DNA of 64,000 bases from an uncultured Planctomycetota bacterium. Its GTDB lineage: Bacteria > Planctomycetota > Planctomycetia > Isosphaerales > Isosphaeraceae. The translations under genes were made by a program, and so were the position numbers. Shown here piece by piece: positions 9,201 to 17,533 of this stretch. The notes beneath the pieces were generated by a model. That model was not told where the DNA came from. It searched no databases and was given only the letters and a program-made list of their open reading frames with translations. Every line of letters starts with the position of its first letter. Within the stretch, counting starts at the first letter, position 1. The stretch covers positions 6,080,001 through 6,144,000 of the forward strand of contig CAVTTN010000002.1 of the NCBI GenBank assembly GCA_963737655.1. Reading direction: 5' to 3'.

Positions 9201-12200
9201 GAACCTCGATTACGAGGTCACGGTCCGGGGGGACGGCGACGTGGTCAGCACGGCCAAAGCCCGAGGGTTCGACATTTCTCGGCGCTCTTACGACTTGCTC
9301 GATCCCGCCGGCCGGGCGATTTTCGTCGTCGATCCCGATTCCTCGGATAACCGGCCTCTGATGCTCGTCGGCAACGCGCCGGGGCGACGGGACGGGGCGA
9401 GGCGCATCGAAAAGGGCCGGGATTCCGTGGTCCTGGCGGCGACCGGCGACGCGGTCCGCGCCTCGGCCGAGGTCCGGCTCGCGGGCCCCGGCGAAGCGGC
9501 CGAAATCTGGACGATCGCGATCGAGAACCTCTCCGATTCGCCGAAGACGCTGAAGGTCGTCGCCTACCTCGAATGGGTGCTCAACCGGGCCGACGCCGAC
9601 CGCGGCCACACGCAGTACAACCGGCTGTTCGCCGAGGTCGAGTACGTCTCGGCCCTCCGCGCGGTCCTCGCCTGGGACAAGCACGCCAAGGCGATGGGCG
9701 TCCTCGCCGCCGACGTCCCGCCCGACGGGTTCCTCTCGGCCCGGGTCGATTTCCTCGGCCGAGGCCGCGTCCTCGCCGACCCCCGGGCCCTCGAAACGTT
9801 CGAGTTCTTCGACGCCGTCGATACCGACGCCCACCCCACGCTCGACCCGATCGCCGCCCTCCTGCTCAACGTGAATCTCCCGCCTCGCGGGACGACGACG
9901 ATGCGTCTCCTGATCGGCATGACGGGCGACAAACGGGCGGCCATCGACCTGATCGCGAAGCACCTGGACCCGCCCGGCGCCCGCAACGTCTCCGACTCGC
10001 GGACGAAAAAGGAATCCCACCCGATCCGCCACGGAGAAATCCCCCCCGGGACGCCCGACCCTTACGTCGAGTTCTCCGACGACGGCCGGAAAATGCTCGT
10101 CCGAACCCCGTTCACCCCCCGGCCGTTCGACCACACCCTTTCCAACGCCCTCGGGCATGTCGTGTCGGTCACGAATCGCGGTTTGAACACGTCGTCGAGC
10201 GTGAACGCGCAGCAGAACCGGCTGACCCCCGACTGGCCCGACATCGTGACCCGCGAAGTCCCTCCCGAGGCGTTCTACCTGCACGACCCGGCCTCGGGCG
10301 AGTGGTTCTCGCCGACCTATCACCCCCTGAACGACGCGGAGGCCGAGAACGAGGCCGAATTCGGCGTCGATGGCACGGCCGTCTTCCGGATGACGAAGGG
10401 GGACATCGACACGGAATTGACCGTGTTCGTCCCGCCCGACGACCCTCTGGGCGTGTATCTCCTGACGATCCGCAACCGGGGCGACCGGGAGCGTTCGCTC
10501 CGGGTGGCCTCGTACTTCCAGATGGTCCTGGCCGGCCAGCCGGAATTCTCGGGGCCGTTGCAGACCGGCGGCGATGACGTGCTGGATCTCACATTCGTCA
10601 ACCCGAGGAACACGTATCGGACGGGCCCGGCGTTCGTCGCGATGAGGGGGCCGAGGGCGGAGGCGGTCGCCACGTCGCGGGGCCGGTTCTTCGGCCCGGA
10701 TCGCGACCTCGCCCACCCGGCGATGGTGGCCGCCGGCAAGCCGTCCGAGAGCGATTCCGGCGACGACCGGCCCGTGGCCGCGATGCTCGCCTCGGTGATC
10801 ATCCCGGCTCGCGGGGAGGAGACGCTCGTGGTCCTCCTCGGTCAGGCCGACGACCGCGACCGGGCCCGCCAGGCCGTCCGCAAGTACGGCGACGAAGCCT
10901 CGGCCCGCGCCGGCCTGGAGGCGACGAAGACCTGGTGGCTCGGCCTGATGGAGACGCTCTCGGTCCGCACCGAATCGCCCGAGTTCGACCGCTATCTCGA
11001 CTGGCTGAAATACCAGGCCCTGGCCGAGCGGATCTGGGCCCGCCGGGGGTTCTACCAGGCGAGCGGGGCGTTCGGCTTCCGCGACCAGTTGCAGGACTCG
11101 GTCAACCTGATCTGGATGGACCCGAGCCTCGCCCGCAAGCAGATCCTCCTGAACGCGGCCCAGCAGTTTTTGGAAGGGGACGTGGTCCACTGGTTCCACC
11201 TCCTCCAGGACGGCAGGACCGGCTTCGTCGGCCGGACGCACGCCTCGGACAACCTCCTCTGGCTCTCCTGGGCCGTGGTGGAATATGTGGACGCGACCGG
11301 CGATGAGTCGTTGCTGGCCGAACGGGTCACGTACCTCGAATCCGACCTCCCGTTCGAGCCCCTGCCGGCCGGCAAGGGCGGGATGGGGTTCGACCCCCTG
11401 CGATCGAGCCGCGAGGACTCGATCTATCGGCATGCGATGAAGTCCATCGACCTGGTCCTCGACCGTCGGATGGGCGTCCACGGCCTGCCGCTGATGGGCA
11501 CCGGCGACTGGAACGACGGCCTCGACGAGATCGGCTCCGAGGGGAAAGGAGAGAGCGTCTGGCTCGGCTTTTTCCTCTATTATCTCCTCGATCGGATGGT
11601 CCCGATCACCGAAACGATCGACGGGCCCGAGCGACGCGCCTACTACGCCGGCCGGCTCGCGTCGCTCAAGGACGCCCTCGAATCGACCTGGCGGGGCGAC
11701 CGCTACCTGCGGGCCTTCCACGACGACGGCACGGAGATCGGCGTGAAGGGCAGCGGGATCTGGGAGATCGACGCGCTCACGGCGGGCTGGGCGGTGATGT
11801 CGGGCATCAATCCCGGTCGCGGCCGGACGGTCTTCGAGACGGCCCTGGCGACCCTGGAGACCGACAAGACCATCCTCCTGGGCTGGCCGCCGCTGCGCGA
11901 GGACTCGACGCCGTATCTCGGCCGGAGCAGCGGGTATCCCGAGGGGGTCCGCGAGAACGGGATGTACTGTCACGGGGTCCAGTGGCTCGTCGGGGCCGCG
12001 CGAATCCTCGCGAAGCAGGCCTGGCGCGAGGGCCGCGAGGACGACGCCCGCCGGTTCGTCGAGACGGCCGGTCGGCTCTGGCGAAAGATCGCGGCGATCT
12101 CTCACGCCATCCCCGGAGAGATCGAGACCTATGGCGGCCAACCGAACCAGCAAGCGGCCGACATGGTCACCACCTTCGAGCCCGGCCGGATGATCTGGAA

Positions 12201-12396
12201 CGGCTACACCGGCGCGGCCGGCTGGATGTTCCGCCAGGCGATCGAAGGGGTGCTCGGCCTCAGGCTGATCCGAGGCGAAGTCCTCCCGCCCGACGGCCCC
12301 GGGGCGCCGGCCGAGCTCGAACCGGCGAGCGTCTCGCGCGACGTGGGGCCGGCCCCCCGGCGCCCCGTCGGGCGGGCGAAGCCCACCGTTGTCTAG
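6295..12396 (+). CDS. Giant polytopic membrane protein with an N-terminal exported beta-sandwich and a C-terminal Cgs-type GH94 glycoside phosphorylase module
   Basis: Signal peptide (LSLVLLLLLAGRIAPASG), a beta-rich domain, then a long hydrophobic region ~6880-9170. Two GH94 beta-supersandwich repeats follow (YLEWVLNRADADRGH...DFLGRGR...LDPI and TPRPFDHTLSN...NRLTP...EAFYLHD). The catalytic barrel has YQASGAFGFRDQLQD, MGTGDWNDGL, GESVWLGFF, GVRENGMYCH and YTGAAGW. Confidence 0.88.
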   Translation: MVEESKVGRRPVAWLVPLSLVLLLLLAGRIAPASGQEVRLTDAAERGTFNVGPARAEVQPSTDPKAGALLRFDFTIPQGAAAGVWTKKFPEAMREGEIDVVRPAARSADPAGLRDVGVTLEIKGSAGVQRIPIELHHDWASAERSVDWKAIGSVSEVVVSVARIGDGPPATGTIDLDIRFERLPFFQRLAAYRTARFGGVLLVGLLLAALGARPLPKGALAPGGFLRDAVLGVGAVGVAAVVVGVYALGSKGPMEVGWHPLVFAGAGAALAAWWTFALCGRGPTRGEIFRDALATGLLAASSSPSAILQPPAEWSDLFALSAFVAAAAVGLYHVAKAVRLATAGKSLGWIAGGLIVGTPYAVGSLTLLESAGLIHGLGDLLGGKAFASRPEIAESLGRVAVLFAFNELVANALGLATKRTPLKGWKGHLAMLSVAIAAVAGPWIAAMGSGEAVASWPPVARAVAVVAATIFSQAGLWAEGYLLTGFLLDALAGRPPTADSSLSHPILGARKGMVYSGTFMALLSVIALLADWRAVQWLARSAPLVLGLIGGAVAFPLGKAIIETFDGSQAFFRRVGNAYRDPMLYARGAIVGAGLAYGLSRGLPGEAMSWRIEFGFAVGLLAFAGVNLLRDGIGASTGRYRVQPVRSYVVLGLLGGFIGAAIGFYLDSVQVAVVVSKFHEYVDPGQAPRIFDDRILLSKWGLFNLGTQAGGPSLLFDEALAGVITWSIPSWLFAINRTFLAAYFDREAGPIKALFTRAGLLQLVENMIGVLRWGLWMSPIIKSFLRPMGDPTWYNQDGAIRTVVATVHDLTSSPQEFRAWSLGVFISLLAYDSVRILIWLDHFGLRVSTLVNLSFLGMDRLDRRLARFLAPESTSRCIPEGVKRFTTWAPLLIPFYIPRGKDWDTAWSQAETLRSRSGPGPLAEFAAMPVGEQVAIVLGAVLGASAVFAVVRLLRSRSEGRRSPAFAVSNLDYEVTVRGDGDVVSTAKARGFDISRRSYDLLDPAGRAIFVVDPDSSDNRPLMLVGNAPGRRDGARRIEKGRDSVVLAATGDAVRASAEVRLAGPGEAAEIWTIAIENLSDSPKTLKVVAYLEWVLNRADADRGHTQYNRLFAEVEYVSALRAVLAWDKHAKAMGVLAADVPPDGFLSARVDFLGRGRVLADPRALETFEFFDAVDTDAHPTLDPIAALLLNVNLPPRGTTTMRLLIGMTGDKRAAIDLIAKHLDPPGARNVSDSRTKKESHPIRHGEIPPGTPDPYVEFSDDGRKMLVRTPFTPRPFDHTLSNALGHVVSVTNRGLNTSSSVNAQQNRLTPDWPDIVTREVPPEAFYLHDPASGEWFSPTYHPLNDAEAENEAEFGVDGTAVFRMTKGDIDTELTVFVPPDDPLGVYLLTIRNRGDRERSLRVASYFQMVLAGQPEFSGPLQTGGDDVLDLTFVNPRNTYRTGPAFVAMRGPRAEAVATSRGRFFGPDRDLAHPAMVAAGKPSESDSGDDRPVAAMLASVIIPARGEETLVVLLGQADDRDRARQAVRKYGDEASARAGLEATKTWWLGLMETLSVRTESPEFDRYLDWLKYQALAERIWARRGFYQASGAFGFRDQLQDSVNLIWMDPSLARKQILLNAAQQFLEGDVVHWFHLLQDGRTGFVGRTHASDNLLWLSWAVVEYVDATGDESLLAERVTYLESDLPFEPLPAGKGGMGFDPLRSSREDSIYRHAMKSIDLVLDRRMGVHGLPLMGTGDWNDGLDEIGSEGKGESVWLGFFLYYLLDRMVPITETIDGPERRAYYAGRLASLKDALESTWRGDRYLRAFHDDGTEIGVKGSGIWEIDALTAGWAVMSGINPGRGRTVFETALATLETDKTILLGWPPLREDSTPYLGRSSGYPEGVRENGMYCHGVQWLVGAARILAKQAWREGREDDARRFVETAGRLWRKIAAISHAIPGEIETYGGQPNQQAADMVTTFEPGRMIWNGYTGAAGWMFRQAIEGVLGLRLIRGEVLPPDGPGAPAELEPASVSRDVGPAPRRPVGRAKPTVV

Positions 12397-12465
12397 GGCG
12401 GGCGAGGCCCGCCAACCCCGAAGCGGCCGACGGCCGTCCACCCATCGCGAGCGAGGACCGATCTC

Positions 12466-14586
12466 ATGGCCACGACCTCCGGGCGAGCTTCCAGCGACGA
12501 GCCGAAATCGGGGCCTCGGGGCGTCCGGGCGAGGCTGGCCGCCGCCTTCGCGGCCCTCCTCGCCGGGGCGGGGCTCGCCCGAGGCGACGACGCCCCCGCC
12601 GTCCCCGCCGAGAATCGACACACCCGGGCCCTCCTGGAGAACTCGCTCCGCTACCTCGCCCCCGCCAACAAGATGATCGACCCCGCCTCGGGCTACCCGT
12701 TCGAGGGCTGGAACCAGGACCCCTCGCGAGGCCTCTACCTCCGGTCGTTCACCCAGCTCACGGCCATCGGCAAGCACATGGAGCTCCTCGCCGACGCCGT
12801 CGCCGGCCGCGTCCACTCGCCCGATTTGACCAAGGACCAGGCCCTCGACGGGCTCGCCCTCCTCGTCAAGTCGCTCCGGCACGACCAGCAAGACCCGACC
12901 CTCGGCGCCGGCGGCCTCCTCGTCAACTTCCTCGACCTCGCCACCGGCAAGAGGCTCGGCCCGCTCGGCTCGGACGTCGAGAAGAAGGCGATCGTCGCGG
13001 CCTTCGGACCCGACAAGGGAGGCGCGATCTGGAAGGCCCTGGCCGAGGCCGGCTGGATCGCCCCGAGGAACCAGGACGCCGAGGCCGCGATCCATCGATC
13101 CGAAAAATATGGATACGAACATTTTGAGGGGCCGCTCGCCCCGTTCCAGGACGACCCCACGAGGCAGAAGCTCATGGCGATCCTCGATCGCCGGGTCGTC
13201 CTGGTGATCTTCGGCGACAACGCGAACCTCTCCGCCTCCGTGGCCAAGACGATCGGCGCCCTGCTCTCGCCCGAGATCGCGAACCGGCCGGACGTCGTGG
13301 CGATCCGCAAGGACCTGGAGTCATTCCTCGATGACCAGAAGGCCGGCTACGCCAGGCTCTATGACCCCAAGATCGGCCTGTTCTACTTCGGCTGGGACGC
13401 CACCCACGACCGCCTCTTCGGCTGGCTCGACGCCCAGGGAAACTGGACCACCGGCCACATGGATTATTTCGTCAACGAGTTCCGAGGGCCCGCGATCTTC
13501 ATCGCCGCGAGGTACGGCCTGCCCGCCGACGCCATCCGCAACCTCGGCTTCAAGATCAAGCCGTACCGGAAGCTGGATGGACGGACGACCTACGCCCTGG
13601 CCCCGTGGGACGGCTCCGCCTTCCAGGCGATGGGCCTCGGCATCGTCCTCCGAGAGCTCGAATATCCGACCTGGAAGGAGTTGCTCACCGACGTCGTCGC
13701 GATCGAGACCGATTTCGCCGCCGTCCACAGGCTCCCGGGGTTCCTCTCGGAGTCGTACACCGGCGACGGCACGACCTATACTGGCGCGGTCGGCATCCCC
13801 GAGATCACGGTCAACCCCAAACCCCGGATCACCGACGCCGCCTCGCTCTACACCCTCGGGGTGGCCTCAACCATCGCCCCGGACGAGGTCGAGCGGTTCC
13901 TCGCCGAGAACTGGCCGGTCGTCGCCAGCCTCCTGACCGATCACGGCCCGTGGGAAGGGTTTAATATCAAGAAGAATGAGATCGTCCGGTTCCAGACGAC
14001 GGCCCACACGCTCTCGCTGATCTCCGGGATCCTCGCCACCGGGCCCGAGAACTTCGCCCGGTACGCCGACCACGCCGGGATCGCCGACCGCCTCGCCGCC
14101 TTCTTCCCGACCGGCGAAAAAGCCAACCTCCTGGCCGACGACGTGCCGTTCTACGCCTGGTCGGACAAGGAAGGAGGCGTGAAATCCTCCCGAGAAAACG
14201 GCGCGGTCCTGATCCGGGCCGAGTCGGCCACCCGGATCGGGGTGGCGTTCGTGCCCCGGTCGAAGGACGGAGTCAGCCCGTCCGGCGGCCACCTGATCCT
14301 GCGCTACCGATGCCCCGAGGCGATCGGCCCGGTGACGATCCAGCTCAAGGCGGGGAACGAGTCGGCCTCGGGGCTGATCCCCAAGGAGATCACGGTCCGG
14401 CTCGTCGCAACCGGCGGAAAAGACGGGGAAATCCACGTCCCCCTGCCGAATTCGGTGGGCCTGATGAACCTCAAAGAAGTCGTCCTGACCCACGAAACCG
14501 GAGGCCCCGCCCGACCCATCGACCTGACCATCACCCACTTCGAGTTCCGCCCGGCCGAGAAGCCCGCCGGCAACGATCGCCGATAG
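12466..14586 (+). CDS. Secreted glucoamylase-like (alpha/alpha)6 protein resembling the Cgs middle (GH189/GH144-like) domain, with a C-terminal CBM-like domain
   Basis: Sec-type signal (ARLAAAFAALLAGAGLARG). Ordered motifs FTQLTAIG, LLVNFLDLATG, GDNANLS, GLFYFGWD, DYFVNEFR, PWDGSAFQ and GFLSESY parallel the Cgs motifs TSPTNIG, HFYNWYD, VDSGNL, LFSIGY, DLLASEAR, SWSGSMFE and WGISES as I recall them. Confidence 0.7.
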   Translation: MATTSGRASSDEPKSGPRGVRARLAAAFAALLAGAGLARGDDAPAVPAENRHTRALLENSLRYLAPANKMIDPASGYPFEGWNQDPSRGLYLRSFTQLTAIGKHMELLADAVAGRVHSPDLTKDQALDGLALLVKSLRHDQQDPTLGAGGLLVNFLDLATGKRLGPLGSDVEKKAIVAAFGPDKGGAIWKALAEAGWIAPRNQDAEAAIHRSEKYGYEHFEGPLAPFQDDPTRQKLMAILDRRVVLVIFGDNANLSASVAKTIGALLSPEIANRPDVVAIRKDLESFLDDQKAGYARLYDPKIGLFYFGWDATHDRLFGWLDAQGNWTTGHMDYFVNEFRGPAIFIAARYGLPADAIRNLGFKIKPYRKLDGRTTYALAPWDGSAFQAMGLGIVLRELEYPTWKELLTDVVAIETDFAAVHRLPGFLSESYTGDGTTYTGAVGIPEITVNPKPRITDAASLYTLGVASTIAPDEVERFLAENWPVVASLLTDHGPWEGFNIKKNEIVRFQTTAHTLSLISGILATGPENFARYADHAGIADRLAAFFPTGEKANLLADDVPFYAWSDKEGGVKSSRENGAVLIRAESATRIGVAFVPRSKDGVSPSGGHLILRYRCPEAIGPVTIQLKAGNESASGLIPKEITVRLVATGGKDGEIHVPLPNSVGLMNLKEVVLTHETGGPARPIDLTITHFEFRPAEKPAGNDRR

Positions 14587-14811
14587 CAACAAGTGCAAAT
14601 GCCATCGACCACCAAGGCCCCCAAAGGCAAGCCTCGGGCCCACGCCCCCCAAGAGCCTCCGATCGCAAACCGAAGGGCGGATCACGGCAAGACCCCGAAC
14701 CAGACCCACCCAGGGGCCGGAACCCCCGGCCCCAGGCACGAGGCGGGGAAAAGGGGTCAGGAGGGGCTCTGTAGAAAACTAGGCCGCGGCGGCCAAGATC
14801 AGGACGTTGGA

Positions 14812-15014
14812 GGCGGAAAAAGGGACGGAAGACGGGCGGAAAAAGGGACGGACGGGCGGAAAAAGGGACGACGGGCGGAAAAAGGGACGGAGGAAATATT
14901 CGAAAACCAGTGAGATGAGATATGGTACGAAGGACGGGGTCCGAATATTTCATATTTCCTCCGTCCCCTTTTCCGCCCCCGTCCCCTTTTCCGCCCCCCG
15001 TCCCCTTTTCCGCC
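14812..15014. repeat. Inverted array of 16-bp repeats around an AT-rich core (MITE/REP-like)
   Basis: GGCGGAAAAAGGGACG at 14812, 14835, 14855 and 14874. Near reverse complement CGTCCCCTTTTCCGCC at 14962, 14980 and 14999. The inner inverted repeat extends to GGAGGAAATAT/ATATTTCCTCC. Confidence 0.9.
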
Positions 15015-15021
15015 CCCTTTT

Positions 15022-15262
15022 AACTGAAGCACCGACCGGCTGGAAGCCGGTGGGTTCAACAGTCGGCTACAAGCCCGACCAAAGCCCGGACCAGAGATCC
15101 GATCCCCAACCCTTCACGACCGCTCACCGCCCAAGACCTCATCGCCTTCCGACGACTTCGGACCGTGACCACCGGACGCACTGAAGTGGTCGCCTGAAGG
15201 CGAGGGATTTTAGATCCCAGGGTGGGACATCGAACCCACCGTCTTCAGGCCGGTCGGCGGGT
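15022..15262 (-). mobile_element. Putative non-autonomous IS200/IS605-derived palindromic element (no transposase)
   Basis: Imperfect hairpins ACCGGCTGGAAGCCGGT, GTCGGCTACAAGCCCGAC and TCGCCTGAAGGCGA, plus an inverted copy GAACCCACCGTCTTCAGGCCGGTCGG at ~15232-15257. These resemble the ends of HUH-transposase elements. No credible ORF lies inside. Confidence 0.5.
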
Positions 15263-16522
15263 TCATTTCTTCGAGTCTCCAACAATCCCGGGATCGAGGT
15301 GGCTGGCCTGTCGGAGGTCGGAGTCCGCGCGCTCTTGTCCCCCTGGGCCCGGAGGACGGTCGAGCGAGCGTAGTACGCCGGGGCGCACTTCGGGTTGAGG
15401 CGGATCGCCTCGTCCAGGTCCGCCAGGGCGTGGCCCCACCGGGATCGCGAGGCCAGGATCTTGCCGCGCTCGAGATATGCGTCCCACAGGGTCGGGTCGA
15501 GCTGGAGGGCCTGGGTGAGCGAGACGATCGCGTCGTCCTGGGAGCCGCATCGCGCCGAATTCGACCCCGAGCCCGTGATGATGCGTGGCGACCAGCGGCT
15601 TCAGCTCGGCCGCCCGTCGATAGTCCTCGGAGGCCCCGCGGTGGTCCCCGGCCGCCGCCCGTGCCCTCCCCCGGCAGCCGTGAGACCGGTCGTCGTCATC
15701 CGCCAGCTCGATCGAGCGGTCGAGATCGGCGATCGAGCGGGCGGTCTCGCCGAGCAGGAAGTACGCGTCCCCGCGGCTCCGCAGCGCCTCGGCGTCCTTG
15801 GGGTCGAGTCGAATGGCCTCCGAATAGTCGTCGATGGCGCGGCGGTAATCCTTCTGCTTGAGGGAGATGTCACCGCGGACCCGGCGGGCGAAGCCCAAGA
15901 TGTCGTCGCCCGGCCCGGCCATGAGTCGGATCGCCTGGTCGAGGTCGGCCCGGGCTCCGGCGAGGTCTCCCGTCTCGGACCGGGCCTCACCCCGGCAGAT
16001 GTAGGCCTTTGCGTAGTCGGGCTGGAGTCGGAGGGCCTCGGAGAAGTCGGCGATGGCCTGCGCCCATGCCTGCTGGGCAAGACGTCCCAGGCCCCGTCTC
16101 AAGCGGTAGCTTTGGTTATTCGGGGCGATCTCGACGGCCCGATCGTAATCGGCCATCGCCTTGTCCAACTGACCTCTCGCCTGCAGGACCATCCCCCTCG
16201 TGGAATGAGCCTCGGGGTAGGCTTCATCGATGCTGATGGCCCGGCCCAGGTCGACCAGGGCGGCGTCGGAATACTTGAGGTAAAAGAATGCGGTCCCCCG
16301 TGCGAAGTAGGCGTTGGGGGATTCCGGCCTGAGTTTGATGGAGCGCGTGAGCAGGAGGACGGCCTTCTCAAATTCGCGGGCACGAATCGCATCGGTCCCC
16401 TGCTCCAGGAGCTGGATCGCGGAAGCGGAGCCATCCGTGGCGGGGCTTCCCTGCTGCGGGACGCCGCACAGCAAGCACAGCAGCACTAGCTGGCACATCG
16501 GTCTCACTCCATGGGTCTTCAT
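15263..16522 (-). CDS. Exported tetratricopeptide repeat protein (two compensating frameshifts near 15545 and 15343)
   Basis: Tandem TPRs (AIADFSEALRLQPDYAKAYICRG, AIDDYSEAIRLDPKDAEALRSRG). The TPR pattern continues in an alternative frame from 15545 to 15343 (DDAIVSLTQALQLDPTLWDAYLERG...ADLDEAIRLNPKCAPAYYAR). Confidence 0.85.
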   Translation of the reverse strand: MKTHGVRPMCQLVLLCLLCGVPQQGSPATDGSASAIQLLEQGTDAIRAREFEKAVLLLTRSIKLRPESPNAYFARGTAFFYLKYSDAALVDLGRAISIDEAYPEAHSTRGMVLQARGQLDKAMADYDRAVEIAPNNQSYRLRRGLGRLAQQAWAQAIADFSEALRLQPDYAKAYICRGEARSETGDLAGARADLDQAIRLMAGPGDDILGFARRVRGDISLKQKDYRRAIDDYSEAIRLDPKDAEALRSRGDAYFLLGETARSIADLDRSIELADDDDRSHGCRGRARAAAGDHRGASEDYRRAAELKPLVATHHHGLGVEFGAMRLPGRRDRLAHPGPPARPDPVGRISRARQDPGLAIPVGPRPGGPGRGDPPQPEVRPGVLRSLDRPPGPGGQERADSDLRQASHLDPGIVGDSKK

Positions 16523-16599
16523 CCATCGTGCGAAGGCCGTCTGGCGGCGCGATAGCTACCAAAATCGGCGAGAAGCGACGAGACCAAATTCCGATTCGA

Positions 16600-17520
16600 T
16601 CGGCCCGGGCATTAAGCGACCAGTTCCAATCCTGCTACATCGCCGTGGCGGCGGCCGGCAAGCAGGCCGACCGCATCGCTTGGCGTCTCCTGATCGATGT
16701 AGTCCGCCCGCTGCTCAAGGGGGCTACGCGGCTGACCCTCGCCCTGGACGACACCCCGACGAAGTGGTGGCTGACGGGGCGTATGCCAAGAAGGACTTCC
16801 TGAAGCCGGCGGCGGCTCTGGGGATGACGGTCGTCAGCCGGCTCCGCAAGGACGCAGCCCTTCGGGCGGTTCCTGGCCCCCGCCCGGCGGGGAAGCGAGG
16901 CCGGCCGCGAACCTATGGCCCGGACAAGATCGACCTGGCCAAGCGGGCCGGTCAGAAACGAGGCCGGTCCTCCGAGACGCTTACCCTGTACGGGGTCGCC
17001 TCGGTCAAGAAGTACAAGACGTTCCTGGCGACCTGGCGTCCGTCCGGTGGCGTGATCCGGGTGGTGCTGGTCGATGAGTCGACCGGCTGGCGGGCCTACT
17101 TCTGCACCGACACCTCGGCGAGCGTGGCCGATATCCTGGGGATGGTCGCGGACCGCTTCAGCCTGGAGATCACCTTCCGCGAGTGCAAGCAGGTCGTGGG
17201 TGCCGGCCAGCAGCAGGTGCGATTTCTGTGGGCGAACGTCGGGGCGTTTCACATCTGCCTGTGGACGTACACGATGACCGAGGCGTGGGCCTGGGTCCGG
17301 AAGAGCGAGGAGTTGGTGGACCGCTCGGCCTCGCCGTGGGATAAGGCATCACGCCGCCCGAGCCATGCGGACAAGCGGCGGGCGTGGCGCCGTGCGCTGC
17401 TGGCTGAGGAGATTCGTGCGGTTGTAAGCCCGAGGGCTACCGAGGCGGAAATTCAGGCCATGGCCGAAAGGCTGCTCAGCCTGGCCGCATGACATGCATG
17501 ATCTCCCTGAAAGTACAGTC
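16600..17520 (+). mobile_element. IS701-family DDE transposase remnant (5'-truncated, internally deleted)
   Basis: The fragment RLTLALDDTPTK joins out of frame to VVADGAYAK...VVSRLRKDAAL...GKRGRPRTYG...DRFSLEITFRECKQVVGAGQQQVR...RRPSHADKRRA. A probable right end, CTGAAAGTACAG, lies just after the stop at 17492. Confidence 0.8.
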
Positions 17521-17533
17521 CGAAAGCAAGGCG

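Noticed and set aside
6295..12396. Calling the giant gene ndvB/cgs/chvB
   Set aside because: Only the GH94 part matches. No GT84 region or in-chain cyclisation domain is recognisable.
8641..13122. Very long antisense or alternate-frame ORFs (also 43075..47193, 23755..27501, 53475..56543)
   Set aside because: These are shadow ORFs expected at this GC content, lying opposite or overlapping well-supported genes and lacking family motifs.
14812..15014. Repeat array as a CRISPR array
   Set aside because: Repeats are 16 bp with 2-7 bp spacers, occur in both orientations, and no cas genes are present.
14593..15184. Short ORFs across the repeat region
   Set aside because: They are translations of the repeats with atypical composition and no convincing RBS or motif.
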